Origin: Phycisphaeraceae bacterium
GTDB taxonomy: Bacteria > Planctomycetota > Phycisphaerae > Phycisphaerales > Zrk34
Direction: 5' to 3'
DNA length: 43,654 bases
Assembly (NCBI GenBank): GCA_040905565.1
Contig: JBBDRF010000033.1
Location: 1 to 43,654, forward strand
Each line of letters starts with the position of its first letter. Position 1 is the stretch's first letter. A program made the translations under genes and the position numbers. Shown here one piece after another: positions 7,811 through 24,247 of the stretch. The notes below the pieces were generated by a model, which did not search any database, was not told the origin of the DNA, and saw only the letters and a program-made list of their open reading frames with translations.

Positions 7811-10800
7811 CAGCCCTCTCGCGGTGAAGCAGTGTGTAGATAATCGGAATGACCCCCAGCGTAATGAATGTCGAGCTGAGCAGCCCCCCGATCACCGCCC
7901 GCGCCAGCGGCGCCTGCGCGTCCGCCCCTTCGCCGATGCCCAGCGCCAACGGCAGCAGCCCGAGCATGGTCGACAACGACGTCATCAAAATCGGCCTGAG
8001 CCTGCGCCGCCCGGCCTCCTGCACCGCCGCCCGCACGTTCAGCCCGTCTTCGCGCAGTCGGCCGGCCTGATCGACGATCAGGATCGCGTTGTTCACCACG
8101 ATGCCGCAGAGCATGATACAGCCGATGAACGATTGCACATTCAGCGTCGTGTCGGTCAGCAGCAGCATCAGCACCACGCCGATGGCAGCCAGCGGCACGG
8201 AGAACATCACGATCAACGGATCCAGCAGCGATTCGTACAAACACGCCATCACCATGTAGACCAGCAGCAGCGCCAGCACCAGCGTCAACAGCAGTTCGCC
8301 GAACGCTTCCTGCTGCTGTTCGTAGTCGCCCGCCAGGTGAATTTCATAGCCCTGAGGCAGCGGAATTTCGCGGAGCAGTGCCTGCACGTCCGCAGCGATG
8401 GAACTGAGATCACGCCCGGAGATGTTCGCCGAGACGCCTGCGTAGCGCTGCTGGTTCCGGCGTTCGATCTGAAGCGGGCCGATGTTCGCCTGCCGATCGA
8501 CCACGTTGCGCAGCACGATCTGGTCGCCGGCCGCGTTGGCCACGGTGAGGTCGAGCACCTCCTCGATGGACATGAGCTCCGCATCGCGCAGCCTTACGCG
8601 GATGTCGTACTCCGTGCCCTGGGCCGGCTGTTTGTAGTAACCGGCCCGCGAGCCGGCCAGCGCCGTTTCCAGCGTCCGCGCCACCTGCTGCACGCTGAGG
8701 TCCATGTCCGCCGCCCGGCTGCGGTCGATGTACATCAACTCCTGAGGCACGCCCGTGTCCCGGCTGAGGCGAACGTCCGTCACGCCCTCAACCTGCTCCA
8801 TGCGCTGCTGAACCTCCTCGGCCAAAGCATCGAGCACGTCCAGGTCGTAACCGCGAATCTCCACAGCCAGCCCTTCGCCGTCGGGCGTGAGCCGATTAAG
8901 AATCCACAGCCCGCCGCCGGAGCGTACACGAATCTCCATGCCCGGCACGCCGTCTGCGAGCGCCTCCCGCAGCCCCTGCGCGACCTCCTCGCTTGATCGT
9001 TCGCGTTCCGCCATCGGCACCAGCTGCATGCGAATGCGGACGCGTGCCCCGGAAGTCGGCCGCCATGCCGAGGCCCCCACTTCGTACTGCCAGCGTTCAA
9101 GTTCGTGATCGGGCACCGCCTCCAGCACCCGCTTCTCCAGCGCTGTGCCGTGGCTGTCGACGACTTCCAGTATCGTCCCCGTGGCCATCTCCGCGCTGAC
9201 GCTCACCTCGCCTTCGTCGGCCTCGGGCATGAACTCAGCACCGAGATGCGGCCCGATGAAATAGAGCGTCGAAACGAACACGCCCGCCGCCACCGTCAGC
9301 CACGCCAGCCGCCAGCGGAGGACGCTCGCCAGAGCCGCGAGGTACACTTCCTCCATCGCATCGAATATCTGACCGGTCGCCGACTTGAAGCCCGCGAGCA
9401 GCCCCGTCTGCTTCGTCGCCGTCGCCTGCCCAGCGTCACCCGCCGTGGCCGCCTCCCGCTCACGCCGCGGCGTGCGTTTGGAGAGCAACCGCGAGGCCAG
9501 CATCGGCACGAGCGTGAGCGCCACGATCAGCGAACACACCAGCGCGAAGCTCACCACCGCCGCCAACTGTTTGAACAGCACCCCCTGCACGCCCGTCAAA
9601 AACACCAGCGGCAGGAAGATCGCCAACGTCGTCATCGTGCTCGCGATGATGGCCGGCGTCACCTCCTCCGCCCCCTGCACCGCCGCCTGCTTATCGCTGA
9701 GCCCCTCCTCACGCAGCCGATAGATGTTCTCCAGCACCACGATCGACGAGTCGACCATCATCCCCACGCCCAGCGCCAGCCCGCCCAGCGTCATCAGGTT
9801 CAGCGTCAGCCCGCCGAAGTAGATCAACGAGAACGTGGCGATGATCGAGATCGGGATGGCCGTCGCGATCACCAGCGTGCTGCGGATATTCCGCAGGAAA
9901 AACAGCAGCACCAGGATCGCCAGCGAACCGCCCGCCAGCACCACGCGTGTCACGTTGTTGATCGATTGCTGGATGTACTCCGACTGGTCGGTCATCACGT
10001 ACATCTCAATCAACGGCATCTCTTCGTTGATGCGCTCAGCCTCGCGCATCGCGGCCTGCGCCACCTGCACGGTGTTCGTTTCCGCCTGCTTCCGCACCGC
10101 CAGACGCACGCCTTCTTCGCCGTTGATGCGGATCGTCCGCGTCTGCCTGCGGTGCGTGTCGTCCACCGTCGCCACCTGCGCCAGCGTCACCGCTGTGCCG
10201 TCGCGTGTGGTGATGACCGTGTCACGCACCTCATCCAGACTGCGGAACTCGCCGGGGGTGCGGATGCTGTACGCCCGATCGGCCCGTTCAATTGAGCCGG
10301 CCGGCACGTTGATGTTCGCGGCCCGCAATGCCGAGACGACGTCATCGAGTGGCAGGCCGATGGCCTTGATGCGGTCGGCATCGATGTTGACCTGGATCTC
10401 GCGCTCGAGGCCGCCCCACACGTCCACCGTCGCCACGCCGGGCATCTGCTCCATGCGGACGACGATCTGCTCATCGATCAGCTCGCGCAGGTCCATCGGG
10501 TCCAGATTTCCCGCCACACCGAAGATCACCACGGGCGATTGCGATGGATCGAACTTCCGCAGCTGCGGCCGATCCGCCTCATCAGGCAGATTATCCATCA
10601 CCCGATCAAGCCGATCGCGTAAGTCGTTCGAAGCTGCATCCAGGTTCGTCCCCCAGACAAACTCCACCCGCACATTGCTCACGCCCTCCGACGAATCGGA
10701 GCGCACCTCCTCCACGCCCGGCACCCCCGACACCGCCTGCTCCACCACCCGCGTGACCAGTTCCTCCATCTCCTCCGGGCTCGCATTGTCATAAAGTGTC

Positions 10801-10943
10801 CGCACCGAAACGGTCGGCACCTCGACCTCGGGCAGCAGATCGATCGGCAACTGCAACAGCGACACCCCGCCAAGCAACAGCACAATCAGCACCACCATCG
10901 TGGTGAACACCGGCCGGGCAACACTGAACCTCGCAACCTTCAT
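7722..10943 (-). CDS. RND efflux transporter permease (AcrB/AcrD/AcrF, HAE1 family)
   Basis: 1073 aa. [73 protein letters not shown]. Confidence 0.95.
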   Translation of the reverse strand: MKVARFSVARPVFTTMVVLIVLLLGGVSLLQLPIDLLPEVEVPTVSVRTLYDNASPEEMEELVTRVVEQAVSGVPGVEEVRSDSSEGVSNVRVEFVWGTNLDAASNDLRDRLDRVMDNLPDEADRPQLRKFDPSQSPVVIFGVAGNLDPMDLRELIDEQIVVRMEQMPGVATVDVWGGLEREIQVNIDADRIKAIGLPLDDVVSALRAANINVPAGSIERADRAYSIRTPGEFRSLDEVRDTVITTRDGTAVTLAQVATVDDTHRRQTRTIRINGEEGVRLAVRKQAETNTVQVAQAAMREAERINEEMPLIEMYVMTDQSEYIQQSINNVTRVVLAGGSLAILVLLFFLRNIRSTLVIATAIPISIIATFSLIYFGGLTLNLMTLGGLALGVGMMVDSSIVVLENIYRLREEGLSDKQAAVQGAEEVTPAIIASTMTTLAIFLPLVFLTGVQGVLFKQLAAVVSFALVCSLIVALTLVPMLASRLLSKRTPRREREAATAGDAGQATATKQTGLLAGFKSATGQIFDAMEEVYLAALASVLRWRLAWLTVAAGVFVSTLYFIGPHLGAEFMPEADEGEVSVSAEMATGTILEVVDSHGTALEKRVLEAVPDHELERWQYEVGASAWRPTSGARVRIRMQLVPMAERERSSEEVAQGLREALADGVPGMEIRVRSGGGLWILNRLTPDGEGLAVEIRGYDLDVLDALAEEVQQRMEQVEGVTDVRLSRDTGVPQELMYIDRSRAADMDLSVQQVARTLETALAGSRAGYYKQPAQGTEYDIRVRLRDAELMSIEEVLDLTVANAAGDQIVLRNVVDRQANIGPLQIERRNQQRYAGVSANISGRDLSSIAADVQALLREIPLPQGYEIHLAGDYEQQQEAFGELLLTLVLALLLVYMVMACLYESLLDPLIVMFSVPLAAIGVVLMLLLTDTTLNVQSFIGCIMLCGIVVNNAILIVDQAGRLREDGLNVRAAVQEAGRRRLRPILMTSLSTMLGLLPLALGIGEGADAQAPLARAVIGGLLSSTFITLGVIPIIYTLLHRERADAKISDDAPDEPDNRGPSTPPGGQTPSPA

Positions 10944-10945
10944 GC

Positions 10946-12193
10946 TTACCTCTCCTCAGCCGTGCCCAGCGTTGCCGCTTCCGCCTCCGCTGCCGTTTCC
11001 TCCGGCGTCTCGTCGGCCGCTTCCGCTTGCTCGTCAATCCTGATCTTCGACGCGTCGGCAAGGAGATGCTGGCCCAGCGTCACCACCCGGCCTTCAAGCA
11101 TCGGCTCAAGAACCTGCACCTGCTTGCCATGCTGAAAGCCGAGTTGCACCGGCACGAATCGCACCTGCGACTGCTCTTCGTCGACCACGAACACCCCCGC
11201 GTTGCCCTGCCTCTGAACGATCGCCGTCAACGGCACCAGCACCGCTTCCTCGGCCCGGCCGACCTCCAGCCGAACCCGCGCGAACATGCCGGGCTTCAGC
11301 AGATGCTCAGCGTTGGGTACCCGCAACTCCACCCGCGCCTGCCGCGAGCCGCGCTGAAATTCGGGAGCCACCCGCGTCACCTCCGCCTCGAACTCTCGGC
11401 CGTGGTACGCGTCGGCCATCACGCTCGCCACCTGCCCCACCTGCACGTTGGGATAGTCCCGCTCAGCGACATGAATCACCGCCCGAAGCGTGTCAATATC
11501 CAGCAGCGAAACGACGGGCGTGTTCGCCGCGAGCATGTCACCCTGATCGCGATACCGCTCACCGACGACCCTCCGCTCCGCGCCGCCGTTCCAGGTCGCG
11601 TGCAGCCGTGTGTAGGACTCGCGCACCCGAGCCGCCTGCAACGCCGCCTCCTGCTGAGTCACCTGCGACTGAGCGACCTGCAGCTGCGCCTGCTTGGCTT
11701 CGAATTCAGCCTTGGCAGCATCCATCTCCGACTCCGAAGCGATCTGCTGCTCACGCAATGTCCGGAACCGCTCGTACTCGCGTTCAGAGGTGGAAAGCCC
11801 GCTGCGGACTTCATCAAGGTTCGCCCGCGCCACCGCCAGTTCCGCTTCCGCCTGCTCGACATCCTGCACGCGTTCGGCTTCGTCAAGCTCCGCCACCAGC
11901 TGGCCACGCTCGACGATATCGCCGATGTCCGCGTGCAGCCGTTCCAGTCGGCCGGAGACTCGCGGGGCGATGGTGAATGCACTTTGCGGTTCAAGCGTGC
12001 CGGTGAAGGTTCGCATGTTCGAAATCTCCCCCACCACCACAGGCTGCACCTGCACCGCCACGGGCGCGTCGCTGTCGCCGCCTCCGATGCCTTCGTCCTC
12101 CGCGTTCGTCTTCTGCCACACCGCCCACGTGATGCCGCCGACCAGCACGAGCACCAGGACCATGCCCACAATCTTCGCCACGTTGAACAACAT
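10946..12193 (-). CDS. RND efflux periplasmic adaptor (membrane fusion protein)
   Basis: N-terminal TM anchor, lipoyl motif IAPRVSGRLERLHADIGDIVERGQ, coiled-coil hairpin, LKPGMFARV. Start set at ATG 12193 (GGAGAG upstream) rather than the ORF-track 12334. Confidence 0.9.
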   Translation of the reverse strand: MLFNVAKIVGMVLVLVLVGGITWAVWQKTNAEDEGIGGGDSDAPVAVQVQPVVVGEISNMRTFTGTLEPQSAFTIAPRVSGRLERLHADIGDIVERGQLVAELDEAERVQDVEQAEAELAVARANLDEVRSGLSTSEREYERFRTLREQQIASESEMDAAKAEFEAKQAQLQVAQSQVTQQEAALQAARVRESYTRLHATWNGGAERRVVGERYRDQGDMLAANTPVVSLLDIDTLRAVIHVAERDYPNVQVGQVASVMADAYHGREFEAEVTRVAPEFQRGSRQARVELRVPNAEHLLKPGMFARVRLEVGRAEEAVLVPLTAIVQRQGNAGVFVVDEEQSQVRFVPVQLGFQHGKQVQVLEPMLEGRVVTLGQHLLADASKIRIDEQAEAADETPEETAAEAEAATLGTAEER

Positions 12194-12422
12194 AAAGCGT
12201 CTCTCCGACCTTGGCCCATGCGAGCGGCGCGCAACCCAACACGCGACATCGACTAACTGTTCTACAACGCCCGCCGACCGGAGGTTCTTGCCGGACGCGT
12301 CTTTTATCGGATGACGATGCATAACCCCCGTCAAAAGATCATACCACGAGGCCCAGCCGCTGCGCCCCCCCCGGCCCCCCCGGCCACCCGCGGGCGTGCG
12401 GCAGATTGCGGCCAGAAGCCGG

Positions 12423-12677
12423 AATACGAGCCGCGACCGTAAGGGAGCGGTTGTGCGCCAAGACTTTGCGCGCGCCTTGCATACGAGAGGAGGTCTCGGC
12501 TACCGGCGAAAACCAACGACTGACGGAACAGATGAAAAGACGAGCCAGGGAGCGTCCGGCGCCGCGATTCGGCGTGCGTGCCCGGTCTCGGCCCTCGGCG
12601 ACCGTGGGGTTGTGACGCGTCGTCACGATGAGCCGAGATCGGCACGCACAACCGCTTACTCACGTCCGCGGCTCGTT
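12423..12677. repeat. REPIN-like element: second inverted pair of family A REP-like palindromes with structured spacer
   Basis: 12423-12457 aatacgagccgcgaccgtaagggagcggttgtgcg matches the reverse complement of 3669-3703 at 34/35. Inverted variant at 12645-12677 (reverse complement aacgagccgcggacgtgagtaagcggttgtgcg). Confidence 0.8.
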
Positions 12678-12694
12678 GTCAACAGCGCTCCTCC

Positions 12695-12723
12695 TTGGCG
12701 GGCCCGCCACTCGCCGGTATAAT
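12695..12723 (+). promoter_or_regulatory. sigma70-type promoter of purA
   Basis: TTGGCG (12695-12700), 17-bp spacer, TATAAT (12718-12723). Confidence 0.65.
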
Positions 12724-12729
12724 CGGCGT

Positions 12730-14244
<1,515 letters not shown>

Positions 14245-14291
14245 ACCAACGGCCAGCTACCGCCAACACAACCCGGTGAGAGGGGCGACGC

Positions 14292-15056
14292 ATGAACGAT
14301 GCCGTTTCAACTGAGCCGACCGCCGAGGCCGCCGACCAACCCACGCGCGATGCCTTCGCCGCCCTTCCGCGCCACGTCGCCATCATCATGGACGGCAACG
14401 GCCGGTGGGCGCAGCAGCGCGATCAGCCCCGCATGGCCGGCCATCAGCAGGGAGCCGCCTCGGCGCGCAAGATCATCCTCGAAGCGGCGCGACTCGGCCT
14501 CGAAGCGCTCACGCTCTACTCCTTCAGCACCGAGAACTGGAAACGCCCCGCCGAAGAAGTCGACTTCCTCATGAACCTCGGCGTCCAGCAGCTGCGCAGC
14601 GAAGAACACCACATCCACCAGCACAACATCCGCTTCGTCCACGTCGGCTCCCGCGAGGGCCTCTCCGCCGACGTGCTCAGCCATCTGGACCGGGTGGCCG
14701 AGAAAACCGCCAAAAACACGGGCATGACGCTGGGCCTGGCGCTCAACTACGGCGCTCGTGCCGAGATCGCCGCTGCCGTTCAGCAGATCGCCGAAGAGGT
14801 CGCCGCCGGTGAGCTTGATGCCAGCACCGTCACCGAGCGCACCATCGCAGAACGGCTGTACACCGCGTCGATGCCCGACCCCGACCTGCTCATCCGCACA
14901 GCCGGCGAAATGAGGCTCAGCAACTTTCTGCTCTGGCAGATCAGCTATGCCGAGCTCTGGGTGACGCCCACGCTCTGGCCCGATTTCAACGAAGCGACGC
15001 TCCACCAGGCCATCCACGATTTCGCCGGCCGTCAGCGCCGCTTCGGAGCGGTCTAG
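14292..15056 (+). CDS. uppS: Isoprenyl transferase (undecaprenyl diphosphate synthase)
   Basis: PRHVAIIMDGNGRWA, YSFSTENWKRP, ALNYGAR, DPDLLIRTAGEMRLSNFLLWQISYAEL. Confidence 0.96.
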   Translation: MNDAVSTEPTAEAADQPTRDAFAALPRHVAIIMDGNGRWAQQRDQPRMAGHQQGAASARKIILEAARLGLEALTLYSFSTENWKRPAEEVDFLMNLGVQQLRSEEHHIHQHNIRFVHVGSREGLSADVLSHLDRVAEKTAKNTGMTLGLALNYGARAEIAAAVQQIAEEVAAGELDASTVTERTIAERLYTASMPDPDLLIRTAGEMRLSNFLLWQISYAELWVTPTLWPDFNEATLHQAIHDFAGRQRRFGAV

Positions 15057-15063
15057 ATCCATT

Positions 15064-15166
15064 GTTGATTTTTGATTGCTGATTACTGATTGGCGGAAAA
15101 ATCAGCATTAGCTATTAGCCATAGCCAATAGCCAATAGCCAATAGCCAATAGCCAATAGCCATTAG
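15064..15166. repeat. Heptamer tandem repeat array (NNTGATT x4, then degenerate units and ATAGCCA x6)
   Basis: gttgatt tttgatt gctgatt actgatt, then aatcagc attagct attagcc, then six perfect ATAGCCA copies at 15121-15162. AT-rich patch in GC-rich DNA. Confidence 0.9.
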
Positions 15167-15178
15167 AAATGATCGCCC

Positions 15179-16087
15179 TTGCTTTCACAACGCTTAATGA
15201 CCGGCTTCATCCTCATCGCGCTCGCGATCGGCGTCTTCTACTTCGATGGCTGGGTCGAGCGTGCGACGGTCGGCACGCCCGTTCCCCCCGGACTGCTGCT
15301 GGTTCTGCCGTTGATCGTGATCGTGATCCCCGCTGCGATGGAACTCGCCGCCCTGCTGCGGAAGAAAGGCATCGACGCGTCGGCTGCGCTGCTGGTGCTC
15401 ACCTCCCTCGCAGCCGGGCTGACCGTCTGGCTCTCGCACCGCTGCGAACTCGGCGCGGTCGCCACGGCCAGCGTGCTCGTCGCCGCCTTCGCCGCCGCCC
15501 TCATCTACCACGCCCGCAACGCTTCGCCCCCCGGCGCGATGGCCTCAGCAGGCGGCACCCTCCTCGCCACGGTCTACCTCGGACTCTGTGGCGGCCTGTT
15601 CCTCGCCATCCGACAAGACCATGCCGCCTGGGTTCTCCTCGCCGTTCTGGCCATCACCAAGGCCTGCGACATCGGCGCCTACTTCACCGGCCGAGCGCTC
15701 GGCAAACGCAAGCTCATCCCCTGGCTCAGCCCCGGCAAAACGTGGGAGGGCCTCGTCGGCGGCATCACGCTTTCCGTCCTCACCGCCCTCGCCTTCGCCT
15801 GGCTTTCGCAGACCACCGAAATCGGCACCGTCTACCGCGAAGTCGATGGCGAAGTCGTCGCCCTCGTCCAGCAGTACCACCTCGGCTGGGCGGCCCTGCT
15901 CGGCGTGCTTCTCGCGATCGTCGGACACGCCGGCGACCTCACCATGAGTCTGTTCAAACGCGACGCCGACGTCAAAGACTCAGGCGATACCCTCCCCGGA
16001 TTCGGAGGCGTCCTCGACGTCATCGATTCCCCCCTCCTCATCGCCCCCGTCGCCTACTGGCTCCTCACCCTCGCGCTGATCAACTGA
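15179..16087 (+). CDS. cdsA: Phosphatidate cytidylyltransferase
   Basis: TTG start (MLSQRLMTG). Polytopic membrane protein with KACDIGAYFTGRALGKRKL..SPGKTWEG and GDLTMSLFKRDADVKDSGDTLPGFGGVLDVIDS. Follows uppS. Confidence 0.95.
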   Translation: MLSQRLMTGFILIALAIGVFYFDGWVERATVGTPVPPGLLLVLPLIVIVIPAAMELAALLRKKGIDASAALLVLTSLAAGLTVWLSHRCELGAVATASVLVAAFAAALIYHARNASPPGAMASAGGTLLATVYLGLCGGLFLAIRQDHAAWVLLAVLAITKACDIGAYFTGRALGKRKLIPWLSPGKTWEGLVGGITLSVLTALAFAWLSQTTEIGTVYREVDGEVVALVQQYHLGWAALLGVLLAIVGHAGDLTMSLFKRDADVKDSGDTLPGFGGVLDVIDSPLLIAPVAYWLLTLALIN

Positions 16088-16127
16088 CCCCCCCACCTCT
16101 CCCGCATCGCCCCACCGCACACCGCAA

Positions 16128-16208
16128 CAAGAGCCGGGTTGTCCCCAACCCGGTCACGCCCCACGCCCCCCCACGCCTCCCAACCGGCTTGGGGACAAGC
16201 CGGCTCCT
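16128..16208. repeat. Inverted pair of REP-like palindromes, family B
   Basis: 16128-16154 caagagccgggttgtccccaacccggt and inverted 16183-16208 accggcttggggacaagccggctcct. Confidence 0.8.
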
Positions 16209-16264
16209 TGGGCGCCCGCACAAAATAGGTTCCCGCAAACCCATACAGCCCGCCTTCTTGCGTG

Positions 16265-16320
16265 GTATCACCTCTCCTTATGATACTCGCCGTTGACATT
16301 AGCGAACCTGATGGTACAAT
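16265..16320 (+). promoter_or_regulatory. sigma70 promoter with upstream palindromic operator for the LysR gene
   Basis: GTATCA-N10-TGATAC (16265-16286), then TTGACA (16293-16298), 16-bp spacer, TACAAT (16315-16320) preceded by TGG (extended -10). Confidence 0.6.
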
Positions 16321-16329
16321 GGCTGAGCT

Positions 16330-17253
16330 ATGCAAATGGACACGATCAAACTCTTCTGCGATGTCGCCCAGTGGCGCAGCGTCTCCCGAGCCGCCTTGGC
16401 GCACGGCGTGACGCAATCCGCTGCGTCGCAACGCATTCAGGCGCTTGAGCGCGAGCTCGGCGTCCAGCTGATCGACCGCTCCACTCGGCCCCTGCAGCTC
16501 ACCGCAGCAGGCGATCTCTACCATCACGGTTGCCGACGCATTCTCGCCAGTTACGAAAAACTCACCGCCCGCGTCATCGAATCCAAAGGCAGCGAGCCGC
16601 TCGAGTTACGAGGCGAGGTCGTCATCGCGGCCATCTACTCCGCAGGCATCGAACTGCTGAACCAGATCCGCGCCGATTTCGAAGCGAAGCACCCCAAGGT
16701 GCACGTCGCGATCACGTACTTTCAGCCTGAAACGGTCTACGACCGCGTCATCCACGAGCAGTGCGATCTGGGCATCCTCAGCTACCCCGAGCGGTGGCGC
16801 GGGCTCACAGCCATCCCCCTCCGCGATGAGCAGATGGTCGTCGTCGTCCGCGCAGGCCATGACTGGGCCACCCGCCCCGTCATCCATCCCACCGACCTCG
16901 CCGACGGCGAAATGGTCAGCTTCGACCGCGCCCTCCCCATCGCCAAAAACCTCCGCCGCTACCTGCGCAGCCACGGTGTAAGGGCGACGCTGGCGGGTGA
17001 ATTTGATAACATCGATACCATCAAGACGTATGTCGCTGAGACAGAGGCCTCGGCGATCCTGCCCTTCCGCACCGTCCAGCGGGAGATCAAGGCCGGGTCG
17101 CTGATCGCGATCCCTCTCGCACCGGCGCTGGTCAGACCGATCGCCATTGTCTACCCGCGTCATCACGAGCAGGAACCGCTAGTCAAAGCGTTCATTGATT
17201 ACCTGGCTGAACATCAACCGTCGCGACCATTGCCTGCCGCGGCGTCAGTCTAA
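16330..17253 (+). CDS. LysR-family transcriptional regulator
   Basis: N-terminal HTH FCDVAQWRSVSRAA..GVTQSAASQRIQALERELGVQLIDRS..LTAAG, plus a substrate-binding domain. Directly upstream of gltBD. Confidence 0.93.
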   Translation: MQMDTIKLFCDVAQWRSVSRAALAHGVTQSAASQRIQALERELGVQLIDRSTRPLQLTAAGDLYHHGCRRILASYEKLTARVIESKGSEPLELRGEVVIAAIYSAGIELLNQIRADFEAKHPKVHVAITYFQPETVYDRVIHEQCDLGILSYPERWRGLTAIPLRDEQMVVVVRAGHDWATRPVIHPTDLADGEMVSFDRALPIAKNLRRYLRSHGVRATLAGEFDNIDTIKTYVAETEASAILPFRTVQREIKAGSLIAIPLAPALVRPIAIVYPRHHEQEPLVKAFIDYLAEHQPSRPLPAAASV

Positions 17254-17313
17254 GAAGGAAGTTCCGGTCCCAAACGGTCCGATGCCAAAGTGCTCGGACA
17301 CCGGAGGTGCGAT

Positions 17314-21918
<4,605 letters not shown>

Positions 21919-21979
21919 TCCTCTCAAAGAGTCAGCATCAAGCAACGCCAGAACGCGATTGATACAACCGAGGGCCGCC

Positions 21980-22016
21980 GCCCCTCACCCAACCTCTCCC
22001 TGCAAGGGCGAGGGGC
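21980..22016. repeat. Single palindromic element (CCCCTCACCC..CTCTCCC..GGGCGAGGGG type) between gltB and gltD
   Basis: gcccctcacccaacctctccctgcaagggcgaggggc forms a hairpin. Only one copy in this window; resembles a widespread REP-like intergenic repeat class. Confidence 0.45.
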
Positions 22017-22037
22017 CAAGGCAAGGAGCATCGAACA

Positions 22038-23537
22038 ATGGGAAGTCCCACAGGTTTCAAAGAACACGAACGCAAGACCGTCGGCTACCGCGAGCCGCTC
22101 GTCCGCCTCAACGACTACGGCGAGATCTTCAGCGAGCCGCAAGAGTTGCACCTTAAAACGCAGGGCGCCCGCTGCATGGACTGCGGCGTGCCGTTCTGCC
22201 AGTCAGACAGCGGCTGCCCGATCGACAACCTCATCCCCGAGTGGAACGATCTGGTCTACAACGGTCGCTGGCGCGATGCCCTCGACCGACTGCACAAAAC
22301 CAACAACTTCCCCGAATTCACCGGCCGCACCTGCCCCGCACCCTGCGAAGGCGCCTGCGTGCTAGGCATCACCGACCCCCCGGTGACCATTAAGAACATC
22401 GAGAACGCCATCGTCGACCGCGGTTGGTCCGAAGGCTGGATCAAGCCCGAGCCCCCCACCGCCAAGACCGGCAAAACAGTCGCGATTGTCGGCTCCGGGC
22501 CCGCCGGCCTCTCCGCCGCCCAGCAGCTCTGCCGGGCCGGGCACGATGTCACCGTCTACGAACGCGCCGACCGCATCGGCGGGCTGCTCATGTACGGCAT
22601 CCCGAACATGAAGCTCTCCAAACAAGTCGTCGAACGCCGCGTCGAACAGATGCGCGCCGAGGGCGTCACCTTCAAAACCAATGCGAACGTTGGGAAGGAT
22701 GTCGATCCCAAAAAGCTAGTCGAAGAATACGATGCCGTGCTGCTTTCGACCGGCGCCACCAAGCCCCGCGATCTGCCCATCGAAGGCCGGGAACTCAACG
22801 GCGTCCACTTCGCCATGGAGTTCCTCACCGCCAACACCAAGAGCATGCTCGATTCCGAGCACGCCGACGGAAACTATATTTCCGCGAAAGATAAAGACGT
22901 CATCGTCATCGGCGGCGGCGACACCGGCACCGACTGCATCGGCACCAGCATCCGCCACGGCTGCACCAGCATGACCAACTTCGAGCTGCTGCCCAAGCCT
23001 CCCGCCGAGCGCGCCGCCGAAAACCCCTGGCCCCAATGGCCCCGCATCTTCCGTGTCGACTACGGCCATGAAGAAGCGACAAAGAAGTTCGGCCGCGACC
23101 CCCGCGAATTTTGCATCCTCTCCAAACGCTTCATCGACGACGGCAACGGCAATGTCGCGGGCATCGAAACCGTTCAGGTCGAATGGAAGAAGGACGAAGA
23201 CGGCAAGTTCCAGATGGCCGAAGTGCCCGGCTCCAAAGAAACCTACAAAGCCGACCTCGTCCTCCTCGCCATGGGCTTCCTCGGCCCCGAACACTATCTG
23301 CTTGAAGCGATGGGCCAGGAGATGGACCTCGACGCCCGCAGCAACTACAAAGCCATTCACGGCCGCTTCGCCACCAGCATCGAAAACGTCTTCGCAGCAG
23401 GCGATTGCCGACGTGGCCAGTCACTCGTGGTCTGGGCGATCAACGAAGGTCGCGGCGCCGCCCGCGCCATCGACGCCCACCTGATGGGAACCACCGATCT
23501 GCCCGCACCACAAATGGAAGAACCCCTTGTGGTCTAA
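22038..23537 (+). CDS. gltD: Glutamate synthase small subunit
   Basis: [85 protein letters not shown]. Confidence 0.97.
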   Translation: MGSPTGFKEHERKTVGYREPLVRLNDYGEIFSEPQELHLKTQGARCMDCGVPFCQSDSGCPIDNLIPEWNDLVYNGRWRDALDRLHKTNNFPEFTGRTCPAPCEGACVLGITDPPVTIKNIENAIVDRGWSEGWIKPEPPTAKTGKTVAIVGSGPAGLSAAQQLCRAGHDVTVYERADRIGGLLMYGIPNMKLSKQVVERRVEQMRAEGVTFKTNANVGKDVDPKKLVEEYDAVLLSTGATKPRDLPIEGRELNGVHFAMEFLTANTKSMLDSEHADGNYISAKDKDVIVIGGGDTGTDCIGTSIRHGCTSMTNFELLPKPPAERAAENPWPQWPRIFRVDYGHEEATKKFGRDPREFCILSKRFIDDGNGNVAGIETVQVEWKKDEDGKFQMAEVPGSKETYKADLVLLAMGFLGPEHYLLEAMGQEMDLDARSNYKAIHGRFATSIENVFAAGDCRRGQSLVVWAINEGRGAARAIDAHLMGTTDLPAPQMEEPLVV

Positions 23538-23562
23538 CATCTACCACCAGATCCCACACACG

Positions 23563-23595
23563 AAGCCCACGGCGTAACGCCGTGGGTTTTTCTTT
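23563..23595 (+). terminator. Intrinsic terminator after gltD, between convergent operons
   Basis: aagcccacggcg-taa-cgccgtgggttt followed by ttcttt. Confidence 0.8.
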
Positions 23596-23601
23596 AGCCC
23601 C

Positions 23602-24246
23602 TCAATCCAGATTCCGACGCGGCATCGCCGAGGCCACCAGCCGCACCGGTGCCGACTTACCCTGCGACGATTCCAGCGACAGCGTCGCATCCGCCCCCGG
23701 CTGAACCGACAGATCCAGCGTCGCCCGGCTCAGCAGCAACCCCGCTGCCGACTGTCGAAACCGCAACGCGAAAACATAGGCTTTCTCATCGTGCACCCGG
23801 GCCTCCACCCGCTCCAGCAACGGCTGCGCGGTCATGTCATCTTCCCGGTACCACAGATCACCCAGCAGCGCACTTTCATAATTCTCATTCGCTTCCCACC
23901 AGATGTACACGCGCCGGCCGACCTCGTTCTCCATCTCCAGGCCGACCGTACGGACCACCGTGTTCGCCTCAAGCGCGACAGTCCCGCTCGGGTCATAAGC
24001 GTCAAACTTATCCGCCGCTGACGTGCGGATTACCCGCATCGCGCGTTGAATCACCAGCCGCACGGATGAATGCGTACTCGCCGACTCCGCCGCCGAAGCA
24101 TAAGCATAGAAAGAGGCGTTGAGCGCCACCGTCACCGCGGTCAGGAGCATCGCCGAGATCGCCAGCGCGATCAGCATTTCCATAATGCTGATGCCCCGGT
24201 TCTGTAGCCGCCGCCCAAGTTGTCTTCGATCGCTCATGTCTGCCAT
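23602..24246 (-). CDS. Prepilin-type N-terminal cleavage/methylation protein (PilW/GspJ-like minor pilin)
   Basis: Class III signal RG|ISIMEMLIALAISAMLLTAV with E5. Start placed at ATG 24246, just after the upstream stop at 24248. Confidence 0.8.
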   Translation of the reverse strand: MADMSDRRQLGRRLQNRGISIMEMLIALAISAMLLTAVTVALNASFYAYASAAESASTHSSVRLVIQRAMRVIRTSAADKFDAYDPSGTVALEANTVVRTVGLEMENEVGRRVYIWWEANENYESALLGDLWYREDDMTAQPLLERVEARVHDEKAYVFALRFRQSAAGLLLSRATLDLSVQPGADATLSLESSQGKSAPVRLVASAMPRRNLD

Positions 24247-24247
24247 A

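Noticed and set aside
7722..10943. RND proton-relay residues differ from AcrB (VDSS rather than VDDA; VNNA rather than AKNA)
   Set aside because: To my knowledge this variant is common in a large HAE1 subfamily, so it is not evidence of inactivation or novelty.
3523..12677. Possible CRISPR repeats (35-bp near-identical palindromic units)
   Set aside because: Copies are inverted doublets 9 kb apart, not direct repeats with regular spacers. No cas genes.
12331..12722. Small ORFs in the MFP-purA intergenic region, and 3440-3706
   Set aside because: They translate through REP-like repeats (shared SRDREGAV/SRDRKGAV peptides), a typical repeat-derived false ORF.
15169..16296. 375-aa ATG-initiated ORF overlapping cdsA
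   Set aside because: Arg/Pro-rich off-frame translation. The TTG-initiated frame carries all CdsA motifs.
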